From the NCBI GenBank assembly GCA_004431415.1, contig QPMI01000251.1:42859-106858 (forward strand): a DNA stretch of 64,000 nt. The letters are read 5' to 3'. Made by a program: the position numbers and the translations under genes. Positions 15,001-30,000 of the stretch are shown one piece after another. The first letter of the stretch is position 1. Each line of letters begins with the position of its first letter. Under the pieces are notes generated by a model that was not told where the DNA came from, made no database searches, and saw only the letters and a list, made by a program, of their open reading frames with translations. This DNA is from Cyanophora paradoxa CCMP329. Lineage: Eukaryota; Plantae; Glaucophyta.

Positions 15001-18000
15001 GCAGCATCCTCACCGTCAAAGACCTCGGCGATTTCTATCTGCACTCCTGCCAATCTTCGTCGGGCCGGTGTGGATCCACTGGGACCTTAACGGCCATCCG
15101 TCCGACGTCAAGGAGAAGCCGAAGCTCGCGTCCACGACGGTCGAGCTGTGGACGCAGGGCGCTGAGCGGAAGTGTGTCGGGGCGTGGAAGGTGCCGGCGA
15201 GAGAAGGCAACCTCGTGTTCGACAGGCTCATATTGCACTGGGGCACGATGAAGCCGTCCACCTCGTACGTCGCGCGTTGCACGCCGGGCCGCGCCGTGAT
15301 GCCTTCACGTCTGAACTGCGCCGGCGTTGACCGCGAGAACGCTCGTGCAGGTACGACGTGCGGGTGTGGGGCATGCCGGAGGGCGACAAGGTGCCGGTGG
15401 TGGCGGATGGTTTGAAGGTGACGACTCGCGCCCTGAATGCAGGTGAGCCGCGGGCTTCCCGCTTTTGCGTCTGCGCCGGCCTTGCTGGCACGATAGTACG
15501 GTGATCTTCGATTGCGAGCACGCGGATGTTGAGCGTGCAATAGAGTGTGCAACGAGAAGCCCGCGTTCGCGAGCTGACTGGCTCTGGGCGCGCCCGCAGG
15601 CGAAAAGCCGGCGTTGTTCGAGGCGCAGCCGGCGCAGCACTTCTACTACCGCCTGTCGACGCACTCGTCGCCGGTAACGGTGCAGCTGGCCGAGCTCGCG
15701 GGCGGCGGGTCGGTCGTCGATCTGTGGAACGCAATCAAGCGCCTGACGTACTACTCGCTGCCGGCCGCCGACAAGCCGCGGCTCGCGCTCGCGAGCGGCG
15801 AGGTCCTGAAGGTGCGCCGAGGCGCTGCGTTCCGCGTCCGCGCCTGCCCAGTGTCGTGTGGCACAGATGCACGAGAGGGACGGTGCGGCGGTGCCGCTGC
15901 AGTCGACCCCGGCTCAGGCGGGGGCGGTGCTGGAGGCGGGCGCGACGTGCTACATGAGCGTGTCGGCGAGCTACAGCACGCGGGGCAAGGCGGCGGAGGG
16001 CCGGGACGTGTACGTGTCGTGGGCGCTGAACGAGAAGTGGAAAGAGAAGGAGCCGCCTGTCTTCAACGAGATCTACGTGGAGCTGTGGGACGAGAGGACG
16101 CCCGAGCAGCGGGCGGAGTGGACGCTGCCGGCGAAGCACGGCGGGGTGGAGTTCAACGCGCTGCAGATGTTCGGGCTGGTGCTGCGATCGCGTGTGACGT
16201 GAGCCCTGGCGATGTTGTGGCGCGGGCAGCTCGAGGGGGTCGCTGACGTGGGTGCAGGTACTGCTTGCGGGTGTGGGGACGGTACGAGAGTGGGGCGCTG
16301 CCTGGGGAGACGAAGATCAACATTGGATCCCTGTCCTCCGGTGCGCTGCGCAGCCACGGGAGGGACGTCAGTGGCGTTGCTGACGGGAGGGACGGCCGCC
16401 CCGCGCGCAGGCGACGTGGAGCCGGCGGACGAGGCGATCCTCGCGAAGCCGGCGACGGCGTTCTTCGTGGCGCACGGGACGACGACGATGAAGTGGATCC
16501 AGCTCGCCAGCGGCGCCTCGACTCTCGGTCTCAAACAGGCGGTCGAGCGGGCGATGGGCCTCTCCGCGAACCGCAGGCGGCTGCGCATCGCGATGCCGGA
16601 TGGCGAAGTTGTGCAGGCGTGCACCAGCTGCTCGCCGCCGTGCTTGGCGTTCAGTCACTCACGCCGTCCGCGCGCAGCCGTACACGAAGGACGCGACGGA
16701 GATCCCGCTCGCCAAGACGCCCGCAAAGTCGGGCAGCATTCTCGTCGCGCGGGACCTCGGCGAGTACTACCTCAGCGTCGGGACCAGCTACGAGGGCCCC
16801 GTGTATGTCTATTGGTCGCTCAACGGGCAGCCGTCCGACGCGAAGGCGAAGCCGAAGCTCGCGCACGTGATGGTCGAGCTGTGGACGCAGGGCGCAGAGA
16901 GCAAGCGTGTGGGGCTGTGGAAGGTGCCCGCGTCCGAGGGAAGCGTCGTGTTCAACCAGGTCGTGCTGCACTGGGGCACGATGAAGCCTTCTACGCAGTG
17001 CGCGCGGCAGTGCTGCGCGCTCGCGATTTCCATGCTGCATCTTCACCAGGGGATGCCTGATCACTCTACGTGCCCGCGCAGGTACGGCGTGCGGGTGTGG
17101 ACGATTCCGGAGCTGGAGGGCGAAACAGTGCCGCTGGTGTCGGACATCGTGGGCAAGAAGACGCGCGCCCTAAACTCGGGTGAGTGCCGTGCAGCGGGCT
17201 ATAGAAGCGCGTGCTCCATTCGTGAACTGCACGGTTCTCACGATGCGCTCTCGCCTCGCTCGTCCCCGCAGGAGAGACGCCCGCGCTTTTCAACTCGCAG
17301 CCCGACCTGCACCTCTTCTACCGGCGGACGGGTGACAGCTCGCCGGTGACGCTGCAGCTGGCCGAGATGGCAGAGGGCGCGACGGGTGTCGACCTCACTA
17401 CCATGATCAAGCGCGTCTCCGTGTACTCGGTTCCAGAGGCTGCAAAGCAGCAGCTGTCTCTCGCAAGCGGCGACGCGATCAAGGTTCGTCGTATTCTACT
17501 CTCGATGCCGGATCGCCGATCGGTTTACTCGACGTGCAGATGTACGCGGCGGACGGCACGCCTGTGCAGCTCACGGCGTCGGGTGTCACTCGGGGTGTGG
17601 TAGTGGCCATCGGCGGGAGTTTCTACATGAGCGCGTCAGCCGGTTTCAGCTCGCGAAGCAAAGCGGTGGAGGGGCGAGACGTGACGGTCTCATGGGCCCT
17701 CTTGGGGGAGGCGAAAGGATCAGGGCCGCCCGTCTTCCACGAGATGTACGTGGAGCTGTGGGAGGAGAAGACACCGGAGACGCGAGCCGAGTGGACGCTG
17801 CCTGCGAAGCACGGCGAGGTGCAGTTCAGCGCGCTGCAGATGTTCGGGCTGGTGCTGCGGTCAAGCACGACGTGAGCCGGGTCGATTGACGAAGCGCTGG
17901 AAGGCGATGGCTGATGCCGCTGCGCGGCACGCAGGTACTGCTTGCGAGTGTGGGGCCGGTACGAGCAGGGCTCGCTCACGGCGGAGACGAAGCTCTCCAT

Positions 18001-21000
18001 CGGGTCCCTGTCGTCGGGTTCGTCCCTTGCCGTGCTGCTTTCGCATTCCGAGCGTATTGCCCGAAAGGCTGATCTCGTTGCGCAGGCGACGTGGAGCCGG
18101 CGGACGAGGCGATCCTCGCGAAGCCGGCGACGGCGTTCTTCGTGGCGCACGGGACGACGACGATGAAGTGGATCCAGCTCGCCAGCGGCGCCTCGACTCT
18201 CGGTCTCAAACAGGCGGTCGAGCGGGCGATGGGCCTCTCCGCGAACCGCAGGCGGCTGCGCATCGCGATGCCGGATGGCGAAGTTGTGCAGGCGTGCACC
18301 AGCTGCTCGCCGCCGTGCTTGGCGTTCAGTCACTCACGCCGTCCGCGCGCAGCCGTACACGAAGGACGCGACGGAGATCCCGCTCGCCAAGACGCCCGCA
18401 AAGTCGGGCAGCATTCTCGTCGCGCGGGACCTCGGCGAGTACTACCTCAGCGTCGGGACCAGCTACGAGGGCCCCGTGTATGTCTATTGGTCGCTCAACG
18501 GGCAGCCGTCCGACGCGAAGGCGAAGCCGAAGCTCGCGCACGTGATGGTCGAGCTGTGGACGCAGGGCGCAGAGAGCAAGCGTGTGGGGCTGTGGAAGGT
18601 GCCCGCGTCCGAGGGAAGCGTCGTGTTCAACCAGGTCGTGCTGCACTGGGGCACGATGAAGCCTTCTACGCAGTGCGCGCGGCAGTGCTGCGCGCTCGCG
18701 ATTTCCATGCTGCATCTTCACCAGGGATGCCTGATCACTCTACGTGCCCGCGCAGGTACGGCGTGCGGGTGTGGACGATTCCGGAGCTGGAGGGCGAAAC
18801 AGTGCCGCTGGTGTCGGACATCGTGGGCAAGAAGACGCGCGCCCTAAACTCGGGTGAGTGCCGTGCAGCGGGCTATAGAAGCGCGTGCTCCATTCGTGAA
18901 CTGCACGGTTCTCACGATGCGCTCTCGCCTCGCTCGTCCCCGCAGGAGAGACGCCCGCGCTTTTCAACTCGCAGCCGACCTGCACCTCTTCTACCGGCGG
19001 ACGGGTGACAGCTCGCCGGTGACGCTGCAGCTGGCCGAGATGGCAGAGGGCGCGACGGGTGTCGACCTCACTACCATGATCAAGCGCGTCTCCGTGTACT
19101 CGGTTCCAGAGGCTGCAAAGCAGCAGCTGTCTCTCGCAAGCGGCGACGCGATCAAGGTTCGTCGTATTCTACTCTCGATGCCGGATCGCCGATCGGTTTA
19201 CTCGACGTGCAGATGTACGCGGCGGACGGCACGCCTGTGCAGCTCACGGCGTCGGGTGTCACTCGGGTGTGGTAGTGGCCATCGGCGGGAGTTTCTACAT
19301 GAGCGCGTCAGCCGGTTTCAGCTCGCGAAGCAAAGCGGTGGAGGGGCGAGACGTGACGGTCTCATGGGCCCTCTTGGGGGAGGCGAAAGGATCAGGGCCG
19401 CCCGTCTTCCACGAGATGTACGTGGAGCTGTGGGAGGAGAAGACACCGGAGACGCGAGCCGAGTGGACGCTGCCTGCGAAGCACGGCGAGGTGCAGTTCA
19501 GCGCGCTGCAGATGTTCGGGCTGGTGCTGCGGTCAAGCACGACGTGAGCCGGGTCGATTGACGAAGCGCTGGAAGGCGATGGCTGATGCCGCTGCGCGGC
19601 ACGCAGGTACTGCTTGCGAGTGTGGGGCCGGTACGAGCAGGGCTCGCTCACGGCGGAGACGAAGCTCTCCATCGGGTCCCTGTCGTCGGGTTCGTCCCTT
19701 GCCGTGCTGCTTTCGCATTCCGAGCGTATTGCCCGAAAGGCTGATCTCGTTGCGCAGGCGACGTGGAGCCGGCGGACGAGGCGATCCTCGCGAAGCCGGC
19801 GACGGCGTTCTTCGTGGCGCACGGGACGACGACGATGAAGTGGATCCAGCTCGCCAGCGGCGCCTCGACTCTCGGTCTCAAACAGGCGGTCGAGCGGGCG
19901 ATGGGCCTCTCCGCGAACCGCAGGCGGCTGCGCATCGCGATGCCGGATGGCGAAGTTGTGCAGGCGTGCACCAGCTGCTCGCCGCCGTGCTTGGCGTTCA
20001 GTCACTCACGCCGTCCGCGCGCAGCCGTACACGAAGGACGCGACGGAGATCCCGCTCGCCAAGACGCCCGCAAAGTCGGGCAGCATTCTCGTCGCGCGGG
20101 ACCTCGGCGAGTACTACCTCAGCGTCGGGACCAGCTACGAGGGCCCCGTGTATGTCTATTGGTCGCTCAACGGGCAGCCGTCCGACGCGAAGGCGAAGCC
20201 GAAGCTCGCGCACGTGATGGTCGAGCTGTGGACGCAGGGCGCAGAGAGCAAGCGTGTGGGCTGTGGAAGGTGCCCGCGTCCGAGGGAAGCGTCGTGTTCA
20301 ACCAGGTCGTGCTGCACTGGGGCACGATGAAGCTTCTACGCAGTGCGCGCGGCAGTGCTGCGCGCTCGCGATTTCCATGCTGCATCTTCACCAGGGGATG
20401 CCTGATCACTCTACGTGCCCGCGCAGGTACGGCGTGCGGGTGTGGACGATTCCGGAGCTGGAGGGCGAAACAGTGCCGCTGGTGTCGGACATCGTGGGCA
20501 AGAAGACGCGCGCCCTAAACTCGGGTGAGTGCCGTGCAGCGGGCTATAGAAGCGCGTGCTCCATTCGTGAACTGCACGGTTCTCACGATGCGCTCTCGCC
20601 TCGCTCGTCCCCGCAGGAGAGACGCCCGCGCTTTTCAACTCGCAGCCCAACCTGCACCTCTTCTACCGGCGGACGGGTGACAGCTCGCCGGTGACGCTGC
20701 AGCTGGCCGAGATGGCAGAGGGCGCGACGGGTGTCGACCTCACTACCATGATCAAGCGCGTCTCCGTGTACTCGGTTCCAGAGGCTGCAAAGCAGCAGCT
20801 GTCTCTCGCAAGCGGCGACGCGATCAAGGTTCGTCGTATTCTACTCTCGATGCCGGATCGCCGATCGGTTTACTCGACGTGCAGATGTACGCGGCGGACG
20901 GCACGCCTGTGCAGCTCACGGCGTCGGGTGTCACTCGGGTGTGGTAGTGGCCATCGGCGGGAGTTTCTACATGAGCGCGTCAGCCGGTTTCAGCTCGCGA

Positions 21001-24000
21001 AGCAAAGCGGTGGAGGGGCGAGACGTGACGGTCTCATGGGCCCTCTTGGGGGAGGCGAAAGGATCAGGGCCGCCCGTCTTCCACGAGATGTACGTGGAGC
21101 TGTGGGAGGAGAAGACACCGGAGACGCGAGCCGAGTGGACGCTGCCTGCGAAGCACGGCGAGGTGCAGTTCAGCGCGCTGCAGATGTTCGGGCTGGTGCT
21201 GCGGTCAAGCACGACGTGAGCCCGGTCGATTGACGAAGCGCTGGAAGGCGATGGCTGATGCCGCTGCGCGGCACGCAGGTACTGCGTGCGGGTGTGGGGC
21301 CGGTACGAGCAGGGCTCGCTCACGGCGGAGACGAAGCTCTCCATCGGGTCCCTGTCGTCGGGTTCGTCCCTTGCCGTGCTGCTTTCGCATTCCGAGCGTA
21401 TTGCCCGAAAGGCTGATCTCGTTGCGCAGGCGACGTGGAGCCGGCGGACGAGGCGATCCTCGCGAAGCCGGCGATGGCCTTCTTCGTGGCGCACGGGACG
21501 ACGACGATGAAGTGGATCCAGCTCGCCAAGGGCGCCACCGCCGTCGGCCTCACGCGGGCGATCGAGCGCGCAATGGGCGTCGAAGCGAACCGCAAGAAAC
21601 TGCGCATCATCACCGACGACGGCAAGGAAGTGCAGGTCCGCTGCTTCTGCTTCCCGTCGTGCCGAGCGTGCAGATACTAACGCCGCTCGCGCGCAGCCGT
21701 ATACAAAGGAGGCGACGGAGATCCCGCTCGCCAAGACGCCCGCAAAGCCGGGCAGCATTCTCAGCGTCACGGATCTCGGCGCGTACCACCTTAGCATCGG
21801 GACCAGCAGCGAGGGCCCCATGTATGTCTCGTGGTCTCTCAACGGCCAGCCGTCCGACGCGAAGGCGAAGCCGAAGCTTGCGCACGTGATGGTCGAGCTG
21901 TGGACGCAGGGAGCGGAGGGCAAGCGCGAGGGGCTGTGGAAGGTGCCGGCGTGCGAGGGCAACCTCGTGTTCAACCAGGTCGTGCTACACTGGGGCACGA
22001 TGAAGCCTTCTACGCAGTGCGTGCTGCGTCCGATGATCTCTCTGCCCTCGCGTTCCGGATCGCGTTCGTGCTGCATGTAAACCGGGTAATGCCTGATTGC
22101 TCCGGGCGGCCACGCAGGTACAGCATGCGGGTGTGGACGATTCCGGAGCTGGAGGGCGAGACGGTGCCGCTGGTGTCCGACTTTATCAACAAGAAGACGC
22201 GCGCCCTGAACTCGGGTGAGTGCCGTGCCACTGGTTGCAGACGGGTCTTCGTCTCACGATGCGCTTTCGCCTCGTCTGCCCCTGCAGGAGAGACGCCCGC
22301 GCTCTTCGACGCGCAGCCCGACCTGCACCTCTTCTACCGGCGGACGGGTGACAGCTCGCCGGTGACGCTGCAGCTGGCTGAGATGGCGGACGGCGCGACG
22401 GGTGTCGACCTCACCACCATGATCAAGCGCGTCTCCGTGTACACAGTGCCGGACGCTGCAAAGCAGCGCCTGTCGCTTGCAAGCGGCGATGCCATCAAGG
22501 TTCGTCGTATACTGCGAGTCTCTTCTTTAGAATTCAATGTCGGACGCACAGCCCGTTTACACAACGTGCAGATGTACGCGACGGACGGCACGCCGGTGCC
22601 GCTTACGGCGTCGGGCGTAAAGCCGGGTGTGGTAGTGGCGGTGGGCGGAACGTTCTTCCTGAGCGCGTCATCCAGCTTCGGCACTCGCGGCAAAGCAGCG
22701 GAGGGCCGGGACGTGTATGTCTCGTGGTCGATCACGGGGGAGACGGGCGGGGCCGATCTGCCCGGCTTCAACGAGATCTACGTGGAGCTGTGGGAGGAGA
22801 AGACACCGGAGACGCGAGCCGAGTGGACGCTGCCTGCGAAGCACGGCGAGGTGCAGTTCAGCTCGCTGCAGATGTTCGGGCTGGTGCTGCGGTCAAGCAC
22901 GACGTGAGCCCGGTCGACGAAGCGCTGGAAGGCGATGGCTGATGCCGCTGCGCGGCACGCAGGTACTGCGTGCGGGTGTGGGGCCGGTACGAGCAGGGCT
23001 CGCTCACGGCGGAGACGAAGCTCTCCATCGGGTCCCTGTCGTCGGGTTCGTCCCTTGCCGTGCTGCTTTCGCATTCCGAGCGTATTGCCCGAAAGGCTGA
23101 TCTCGTTGCGCAGGCGACGTGGAGCCGGCGGACGAGGCGATCCTCGCGAAGCCGGCGATGGCCTTCTTCGTGGCGCACGGGACGACGACGATGAAGTGGA
23201 TCCAGCTCGCCAAGGGCGCCACCGCCGTCGGCCTCACGCGGGCGATCGAGCGCGCAATGGGCGTCGAAGCGAACCGCAAGAAACTGCGCATCATCACCGA
23301 CGACGGCAAGGAAGTGCAGGTCCGCTGCTTCTGCTTCCCGTCGTGCCGAGCGTGCAGATACTAACGCCGCTCGCGCGCAGCCGTATACAAAGGAGGCGAC
23401 GGAGATCCCGCTCGCCAAGACGCCCGCAAAGCCGGGCAGCATTCTCAGCGTCACGGATCTCGGCGCGTACCACCTTAGCATCGGGACCAGCAGCGAGGGC
23501 CCCATGTATGTCTCGTGGTCTCTCAACGGCCAGCCGTCCGACGCGAAGGCGAAGCCGAAGCTTGCGCACGTGATGGTCGAGCTGTGGACGCAGGGAGCGG
23601 AGGGCAAGCGCGAGGGGCTGTGGAAGGTGCCGGCGTGCGAGGGCAACCTCGTGTTCAACCAGGTCGTGCTACACTGGGGCACGATGAAGCCTTCTACGCA
23701 GTGCGTGCTGCGTCCGATGATCTCTCTGCCCTCGCGTTCCGGATCGCGTTCGTGCTGCATGTATACCGGGTAATGCCTGATTGCTCCGGGCGGCCACGCA
23801 GGTACAGCATGCGGGTGTGGACGATTCCGGAGCTGGAGGGCGAGACGGTGCCGCTGGTGTCCGACTTTATCAACAAGAAGACGCGCGCCCTGAACTCGGG
23901 TGAGTGCCGTGCCACTGGTTGCAGACGGGTCTTCGTCTCACGATGCGCTTTCGCCTCGTCTGCCCCTGCAGGAGAGACGCCCGCGCTCTTCGACGCGCAG

Positions 24001-27000
24001 CCCGACCTGCACCTCTTCTACCGGCGCGCGTCAGACACGTCAACGGTGACGCTGCAGCTGGCTGAGATGGCGGACGGCGCGACGGGTGTCGACCTCACCA
24101 CCATGATCAAGCGCGTCTCCGTGTACACAGTGCCGGACGCTGCAAAGCAGCGCCTGTCGCTTGCAAGCGGCGATGCCATCAAGGTTCGTCGTATACTGCG
24201 AGTCTCTTCTTTAGAATTCAATGTCGGACGCACAGCCCGTTTACACAACGTGCAGATGTACGCGACGGACGGCACGCCGGTGCCGCTTACGGCGTCGGGC
24301 GTAAAGCCGGGTGTGGTAGTGGCGGTGGGCGGAACGTTCTTCCTGAGCGCGTCATCCAGCTTCGGCACTCGCGGCAAAGCAGCGGAGGGCCGGGACGTGT
24401 ATGTCTCGTGGTCGATCACGGGGGAGACGGGCGGGGCCGATCTGCCCGGCTTCAACGAGATCTACGTGGAGCTGTGGGAGGAGAAGACACCGGAGACGCG
24501 AGCCGAGTGGACGCTGCCTGCGAAGCACGGCGAGGTGCAGTTCAGCTCGCTGCAGATGTTCGGGCTGGTGCTGCGGTCAAGCACGACGTGAGCCCGGTCG
24601 ACGAAGCGCTGGAAGGCGATGGCTGATGCCGCTGCGCGGCACGCAGGTACTGCGTGCGGGTGTGGGGCCGGTACGAGCAGGGCTCGCTCACGGCGGAGAC
24701 GAAGCTCTCCATCGGGTCCCTGTCGTCGGGTTCGTCCCTTGCCGTGCTGCTTTCGCATTCCGAGCGTATTGCCCGAAAGGCTGATCCTGTTGCGCAGGCG
24801 ACGTGGAGCCGGCGGACGAGGCGATCCTCGCGAAGCCGGCGATGGCCTTCTTTGTGGCGCACGGGACGACGACGATGAAGTGGATCCAGCTCGCCAAGGG
24901 CGCCACCGCCGTCGGCCTCACGCGGGCGATCGAGCGCGCAATGGGCGTCGAAGCGAACCGCAAGAAACTGCGCATCATCACCGACGACGGCAAGGAAGTG
25001 CAGGTCCGCTGCTTCTGCTTCCCGTCGTGCCGAGCGTGCAGATACTAACGCCGCTCGCGCGCAGCCGTACACAAAGGAGGCGACGGAGATCCCGCTCGCC
25101 AAGACGCCCGCAAAGCCGGGCAGCATTCTCAGCGTCACGGATCTCGGCGCGTACCACCTTAGCATCGGGACCAGCAGCGAGGGCCCCATGTATGTCTCGT
25201 GGTCTCTCAACGGCCAGCCGTCCGACGCGAAGGCGAAGCCGAAGCTCGCGCACGTGATGGTCGAGCTGTGGACGCAGGGAGCGGAGGGCAAGCGCGAGGG
25301 GCTGTGGAAGGTGCCGGCGTGCGAGGGCAACCTCGTGTTCAACCAGGTCGTGCTACACTGGGGCACGATGAAGCCTTCTACGCAGTGCGTGCTGCGTCCG
25401 ATGATCTCTCTGCCCTCGCGTTCCGGATCGCGTTCGTGCTGCATGTATACCGGGTAATGCCTGATTGCTCCGGGCGGCCACGCAGGTACAGCATGCGGGT
25501 GTGGACGATTCCGGAGCTGGAGGGCGAGACGGTGCCGCTGGTGTCCGACTTTATCAACAAGAAGACGCGCGCCCTGAACTCGGGTGAGTGCCGTGCCACT
25601 GGTTGCAGACGGGTCTTCGTCTCACGATGCGCTTTCGCCTCGTCTGCCCCTGCAGGAGAGACGCCCGCGCTCTTCGACGCGCAGCCCGACCTGCACCTCT
25701 TCTACCGGCGCGCGTCAGACACGTCAACGGTGACGCTGCAGCTGGCTGAGATGGCGGACGGCGCGACGGGTGTCGACCTCACCACCATGATCAAGCGCGT
25801 CTCCGTGTACACAGTGCCGGACGCTGCAAAGCAGCGCCTGTCGCTTGCAAGCGGCGATGCCATCAAGGTTCGTCGTATACTGCGAGTCTCTTCTTTAGAA
25901 TTCAATGTCGGACGCACAGCCCGTTTACACAACGTGCAGATGTACGCGACGGACGGCACGCCGGTGCCGCTTACGGCGTCGGGCGTAAAGCCGGGTGTGG
26001 TAGTGGCGGTGGGCGGAGCGTTCTTCCTGAGCGCGTCATCCAGCTTCGGCACTCGCGGCAAAGCAGCGGAGGGCCGGGACGTGTATGTCTCGTGGTCGAT
26101 CACGGGGAGACGGGCGGGACCGATCTGCCCGTCTTCAACGAGATCTACGTGGAGCTGTGGGAGGAGAAGACACCGGAGACGCGAGCCGAGTGGACGCTGC
26201 CTGCGAAGCACGGCGAGGTGCAGTTCAGCTCGCTGCAGATGTTCGGGCTGGTGCTGCGGTCAAGCACGACGTGAGCCGGGTCGATTGACGAAGCGCTGGA
26301 AGGCGATGGCTGATGCCGCTGCGCGGCACGCAGGTACTGCGTGCGGGTGTGGGGCCGGTACGAGCAGGGCTCGCTCACGGCGGAGACGAAGCTCTCCATC
26401 GGGTCCCTGTCGTCGGGTTCGTCCCTTGCCGTGCTGCTTTCGCATTCCGAGCGTATTGCCCGAAAGGCTGATCCTGTTGCGCAGGCGACGTGGAGCCGGC
26501 GGACGAGGCGATCCTCGCGAAGCCGGCGACGGCGTTCTTCGTGGCGCACGGGACGACGACGATGAAGTGGATCCAGCTCGCCAAGGGCGCCACCGCCGTC
26601 GGCCTCACGCGGGCGATCGAGCGCGCAATGGGCGTCGAAGCGAACCGCAAGAAACTGCGGATCATCACCGACGACGGCAAGGAAGTGCAGGTCCGCTGCT
26701 TCTGCTTCCCGTCGTGCCGAGCGTGCAGATACTAACGCCGCTCGCGCGCAGCCGTACACAAAGGAGGCGACGGAGATCCCGCTCGCCAAGACGCCCGCAA
26801 AGCCGGGCAGCATTCTCAGCGTCACGGATCTCGGCGCGTACCACCTTAGCATCGGGACCAGCAGCGAGGGCCCCATGTATGTCTCGTGGTCTCTCAACGG
26901 CCAGCCGTCCGACGCGAAGGCGAAGCCGAAGCTCGCGCACGTGATGGTCGAGCTGTGGACGCAGGGAGCGGAGGGCAAGCGCGAGGGGCTGTGGAAGGTG

Positions 27001-30000
27001 CCGGCGTGCGAGGGCAACCTCGTGTTCAACCAGGTCGTGCTACACTGGGCACGATGAAGCCTTCTACGCAGTGCGTGCTGCATCCGATGATCTCTCTGCC
27101 CTCGCGTTCCGGATCACGTTCGTGCTGCATGTATACCGGGTAATGCCTGATTGCTCCGGGCGGCCACGCAGGTACAGCATGCGGGTGTGGACGATTCCGG
27201 AGCTGGAGGGCGAGACGGTGCCGCTGGTGTCCGACTTTATCAACAAGAAGACGCGCGCCCTGAACTCGGGTGAGTGCCGTGCCACTGGTTGCAGACGGGT
27301 CTTCGTCTCACGATGCGCATTCGCCTCGTCTGCCCCTGCAGGAGAGACGCCCGCGCTCTTCGACGCGCAGCCCGACCTGCACCTCTTCTACCGGCGCGCG
27401 TCAGACACGTCAACGGTGACGCTGCAGCTGGCTGAGATGGCGGACGGCGCGACGGGTGTCGACCTCACCACCATGATCAAGCGCGTCTCCGTGTACACAG
27501 TGCCGGACGCTGCAAAGCAGCGCCTGTCGCTTGCAAGCGGCAATGCCATCAAGGTTCGTCGTATACTGCGAGTCTCTTCTTTAGAATTCAATGTCGGACG
27601 CACAGCCCGTTTACACAACGTGCAGATGTACGCGACGGACGGCACGCCGGTGCCGCTTACGGCGTCGGGCGTAAAGCCGGGTGTGGTAGTGGCGGTGGGC
27701 GGAGCGTTCTTCCTGAGCGCGTCATCCAGCTTCGGCACTCGCGGCAAAGCAGCGGAGGGCCGGGACGTGTATGTCTCGTGGTCGATCACGGGGGAGACGG
27801 GCGGGACCGATCTGCCCGTCTTCAACGAGATCTACGTGGAGCTGTGGGAGGAGAAGACACCGGAGACGCGAGCCGAGTGGACGCTGCCTGCGAAGCACGG
27901 CGAGGTGCAGTTCAGCTCGCTGCAGATGTTCGGGCTGGTGCTGCGGTCAAGCACGACGTGAGCCCGGTCGATTGACGAAGCGCTGGAAGGCGATGGCTGA
28001 TGCCGCTGCGCGGCACGCAGGTACTGCGTGCGGGTGTGGGGCCGGTACGAGCAGGGCTCGCTCACGGCGGAGACGAAGCTCTCCATCGGGTCCCTGTCGT
28101 CGGGTTCGTCCCTTGCCGTGCTGCTTTCGCATTCCGAGCGTATTGCCCGAAAGGCTGATCCTGTTGCGCAGGCGACGTGGAGCCGGCGGACGAGGCGATC
28201 CTCGCGAAGCCGGCGACGGCGTTCTTCGTGGCGCACGGGACGACGACGATGAAGTGGATCCAGCTCGCCAAGGGCGCCACCGCCGTCGGCCTCACGCGGG
28301 CGATCGAGCGCGCAATGGGCGTCGAAGCGAACCGCAAGAAACTGCGCATCATCACCGACGACGGCAAGGAAGTGCAGGTCCGCTGCTTCTGCTTCCCGTC
28401 GTGCCGAGCGTGCAGATACTAACGCCGCTCGCGCGCAGCCGTACACAAAGGAGGCGACGGAGATCCCGCTCGCCAAGACGCCCGCAAAGCCGGGCAGCAT
28501 TCTCAGCGTCACGGATCTCGGCGCGTACCACCTTAGCATCGGGACCAGCAGCGAGGGCCCCATGTATGTCTCGTGGTCTCTCAACGGCCAGCCGTCCGAC
28601 GCGAAGGCGAAGCCGAAGCTCGCGCACGTGATGGTCGAGCTGTGGACGCAGGGAGCGGAGGGCAAGCGCGAGGGGCTGTGGAAGGTGCCGGCGTGCGAGG
28701 GCAACCTCGTGTTCAACCAGGTCGTGCTACACTGGGGCACGATGAAGCCTTCTACGCAGTGCGTGCTGCATCCGATGATCTCTCTGCCCTCGCGTTCCGG
28801 ATCACGTTCGTGCTGCATGTATACCGGGTAATGCCTGATTGCTCCGGGCGGCCACGCAGGTACAGCATGCGGGTGTGGACGATTCCGGAGCTGGAGGGCG
28901 AGACGGTGCCGCTGGTGTCCGACTTTATCAACAAGAAGACGCGCGCCCTGAACTCGGGTGAGTGCCGTGCCACTGGTTGCAGACGGGTCTTCGTCTCACG
29001 ATGCGCTTTCGCCTCGTCTGCCCCTGCAGGAGAGACGCCCGCGCTCTTCGACGCGCAGCCCGACCTGCACCTCTTCTACCGGCGCGCGTCAGACACGTCA
29101 ACGGTGACGCTGCAGCTGGCTGAGATGGCGGACGGCGCGACGGGTGTCGACCTCACCACCATGATCAAGCGCGTCTCCGTGTACACAGTGCCGGACGCTG
29201 CAAAGCAGCGCCTGTCGCTTGCAAGCGGCGATGCCATCAAGGTTCGTCGTATACTGCGAGTCTCTTCTTTAGAATTCAATGTCGGACGCACAGCCCGTTT
29301 ACACAACGTGCAGATGTACGCGACGGACGGCACGCCGGTGCCGCTTACGGCGTCGGGCGTAAAGCCGGGTGTGGTAGTGGCGGTGGGCGGAGCGTTCTTC
29401 CTGAGCGCGTCATCCAGCTTCGGCACTCGCGGCAAAGCAGCGGAGGGCCGGGACGTGTATGTCTCGTGGTCGATCACGGGGGAGACGGGCGGGACCGATC
29501 TGCCCGTCTTCAACGAGATCTACGTGGAGCTGTGGGAGGAGAAGACACCGGAGACGCGAGCCGAGTGGACGCTGCCTGCGAAGCACGGCGAGGTGCAGTT
29601 CAGCTCGCTGCAGATGTTCGGGCTGGTGCTGCGGTCAAGCACGACGTGAGCCGGGTCGATTGACGAAGCGCTGGAAGGCGATGGCTGATGCCGCTGCGCG
29701 GCACGCAGGTACTGCGTGCGGGTGTGGGGCCGGTACGAGCAGGGCTCGCTCACGGCGGAGACGAAGCTCTCCATCGGGTCCCTGTCGTCGGGTTCGTCCC
29801 TTGCCGTGCTGCTTTCGCATTCCGAGCGTATTGCCCGAAAGGCTGATCCTGTTGCGCAGGCGACGTGGAGCCGGCGGACGAGGCGATCCTCGCGAAGCCG
29901 GCGATGGCCTTCTTCGTGGCGCACGGGACGACGACGATGAAGTGGATCCAGCTCGCCAAGGGCGCCACCGCCGTCGGCCTCACGCGGGCGATCGAGCGCG

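Noticed and set aside
2521-27060. Frameshifts in many units (about 2527, 3974, 4075, 9071-9990 cluster, 10780, 10860, 15062, 18977, 19265, 20259, 20332, 20938, 26107, 27049) suggesting pseudogenisation or phase variation
   Set aside because: Those I checked are single-base losses in G/C runs, they also occur in introns, and I saw no nonsense substitutions. This is typical of unpolished long-read error in repeats. Accurate reads would settle it.
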